A stretch of 63,906 nt of DNA, the filler included, from Phoronis australis (taxonomy: Eukaryota; Animalia; Phoronida), in NCBI GenBank assembly GCA_002633005.1. It is 10 parts of 10 records of this genome, joined end to end, with 100 filler letters (N's around TTAATTAATTAA, not from the genome) between each part and the next. Parts side by side here need not be neighbours in the genome. Positions count along the whole stretch, not along the records: positions 62,786 to 63,906 come from NMRA01001559.1; 9 more parts are not named here. One strand, 5' to 3'. Shown piece after piece: positions 62,786-63,906 of the stretch. Numbering within the stretch: position 1 is the stretch's first letter; every line of letters starts with the position of its first letter. The translations under genes and the position numbers were made by a program. A model generated the notes under the pieces. It was given only the letters and a program-made list of their open reading frames with translations. It was not told where the DNA came from and searched no databases.

Positions 62786-63906
62786 CCGGCTTTATGAAGT
62801 GTGTCTTTCAAAAATCACCTTTGAGCACACGCTCCCACTTGTGGAGCTATACCTAGCCTAAAATTAACAAACCCGTGTCTTTGCAATGTTTTTGAGCACA
62901 CGACTTTAGAATGTAGTGAATGTCCACACTGAAATTAAGCAAATTAAGAAGAAAATAACGCACAGCGGTTCTTAGACCACACAATCTGTGTCTGAGCGAA
63001 CCTTTATCTGACTAAAATATCGTACAACTAATATATACTTAATTAAGATGTCGAACTTGTGGAAAAGATAGTACCGGCTATAAAGAATACATGAGAGTAG
63101 GTGTGCGAAGGGAATTGACGTTAGTATGTGGGCTGATGTTCGAACGTTGTGATTGTTAATCTTGCAGAATGTCTCAGTAATCGGGGCAGACCGGCTTTAT
63201 GAAGTGTGTCTTTCAAAAATCACCTTTGAGCACACGCTCCCACTTGTGGAGCTATACCTAGCCTAAAATTAACAAACCCGTGTCTTTGCAATGTTTTTGA
63301 GCACACGACTTTAGAATATAGTGAATGTCCACACTGAAATTAAGCAAATTAAGAAGAAAATAACGCACAGCGGTTCTTAGACCACACAATCTGTGTCTGA
63401 GCGAACCTTTATCTGACTAAACTATCGTACAACTAATGTAATATGCTTAATTAGAATGTCGAACTTGTGGAAAAAAAAACACCGACTATAAAGAATACAT
63501 GAGAGTAGGTGTGCGAAGGGAACTGACGTTAGTATATGGGCTGATGTTCGAACGTTGTGATTATTAATCTTGCAGAATGTCTCAGTAATCGGGGCAGCCC
63601 GGCTTTATGAAGTGTGTCTTTCAAAAATCACCTTTGAGCACACGCTCCCACTGGTGGAGCTATACCTAGCCTAAAATTAACAAACCCGTGTCTTTGCAAT
63701 GTTTTTGAGCACACGAATTTAGAATGTAGTGAATGTCCACACTGAAATTAAGCAAATTAAGAAGAAAATAACGCACAGCGGTTCTTAGACCACACAATCT
63801 TTGTCTGAGCGAACCTTTATCTGACTAAAGTATCGTACAACTAATATATACTTAATTAAGATGTCGAACTTGTGGAAAAGATAGTACCGGCTATAAAGAA
63901 TACATG
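62786..63906. repeat. Satellite DNA, ~405-bp monomer, 2.8 units
   Basis: CCGGCTTTATGAAGTGTGTC starts at 62786, 63191 and 63599. Units are 405 and 408 bp plus a partial one, and are nearly identical. Confidence 0.98.

Noticed and set aside
62786-63906. CRISPR array
   Set aside because: Whole ~405-bp units repeat with no unique spacers, the context is eukaryotic, and there are no cas genes.

Overview
AT-rich animal genomic DNA, not prokaryotic. It has spliceosomal GT-AG exons, LINE and DNA-transposon debris and satellites; the repeat types suggest a marine invertebrate, but the species cannot be determined from sequence alone. The window is a concatenation of 10 segments joined by an artificial 100-nt spacer (N44-TTAATTAATTAA-N44), so adjacency across spacers is not evidence of linkage. 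Most ORFs in the six-frame track are spurious, and the real genes had to be rebuilt by eye from splice sites. Gene fragments found: a C-type lectin terminal exon, three phase-compatible integrin alpha exons, an ShKT-domain exon, a CARD exon, two exons of an unknown low-complexity protein, and an SMYD4-like terminal exon. The most interesting feature is a five-coding-exon gene at 44.8-52.2 kb. It encodes a leaderless protein with a ~118-aa N-terminal region followed by a probable beta-trefoil domain with mixed IL-1 and FGF features, and two NF-kB-type sites lie just upstream. Mobile DNA includes internally deleted Kolobok-type elements from two families (convergent KolX and transposase remnants), a TTAA-flanked TIR element, DINE-1-like Helentron-associated elements, Tc1/mariner and hAT-like MITEs, a decayed LINE, hAT and possibly Academ transposase remnants, and a ~405-bp satellite. 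All family assignments rest on motif recognition by eye; no database search was run.
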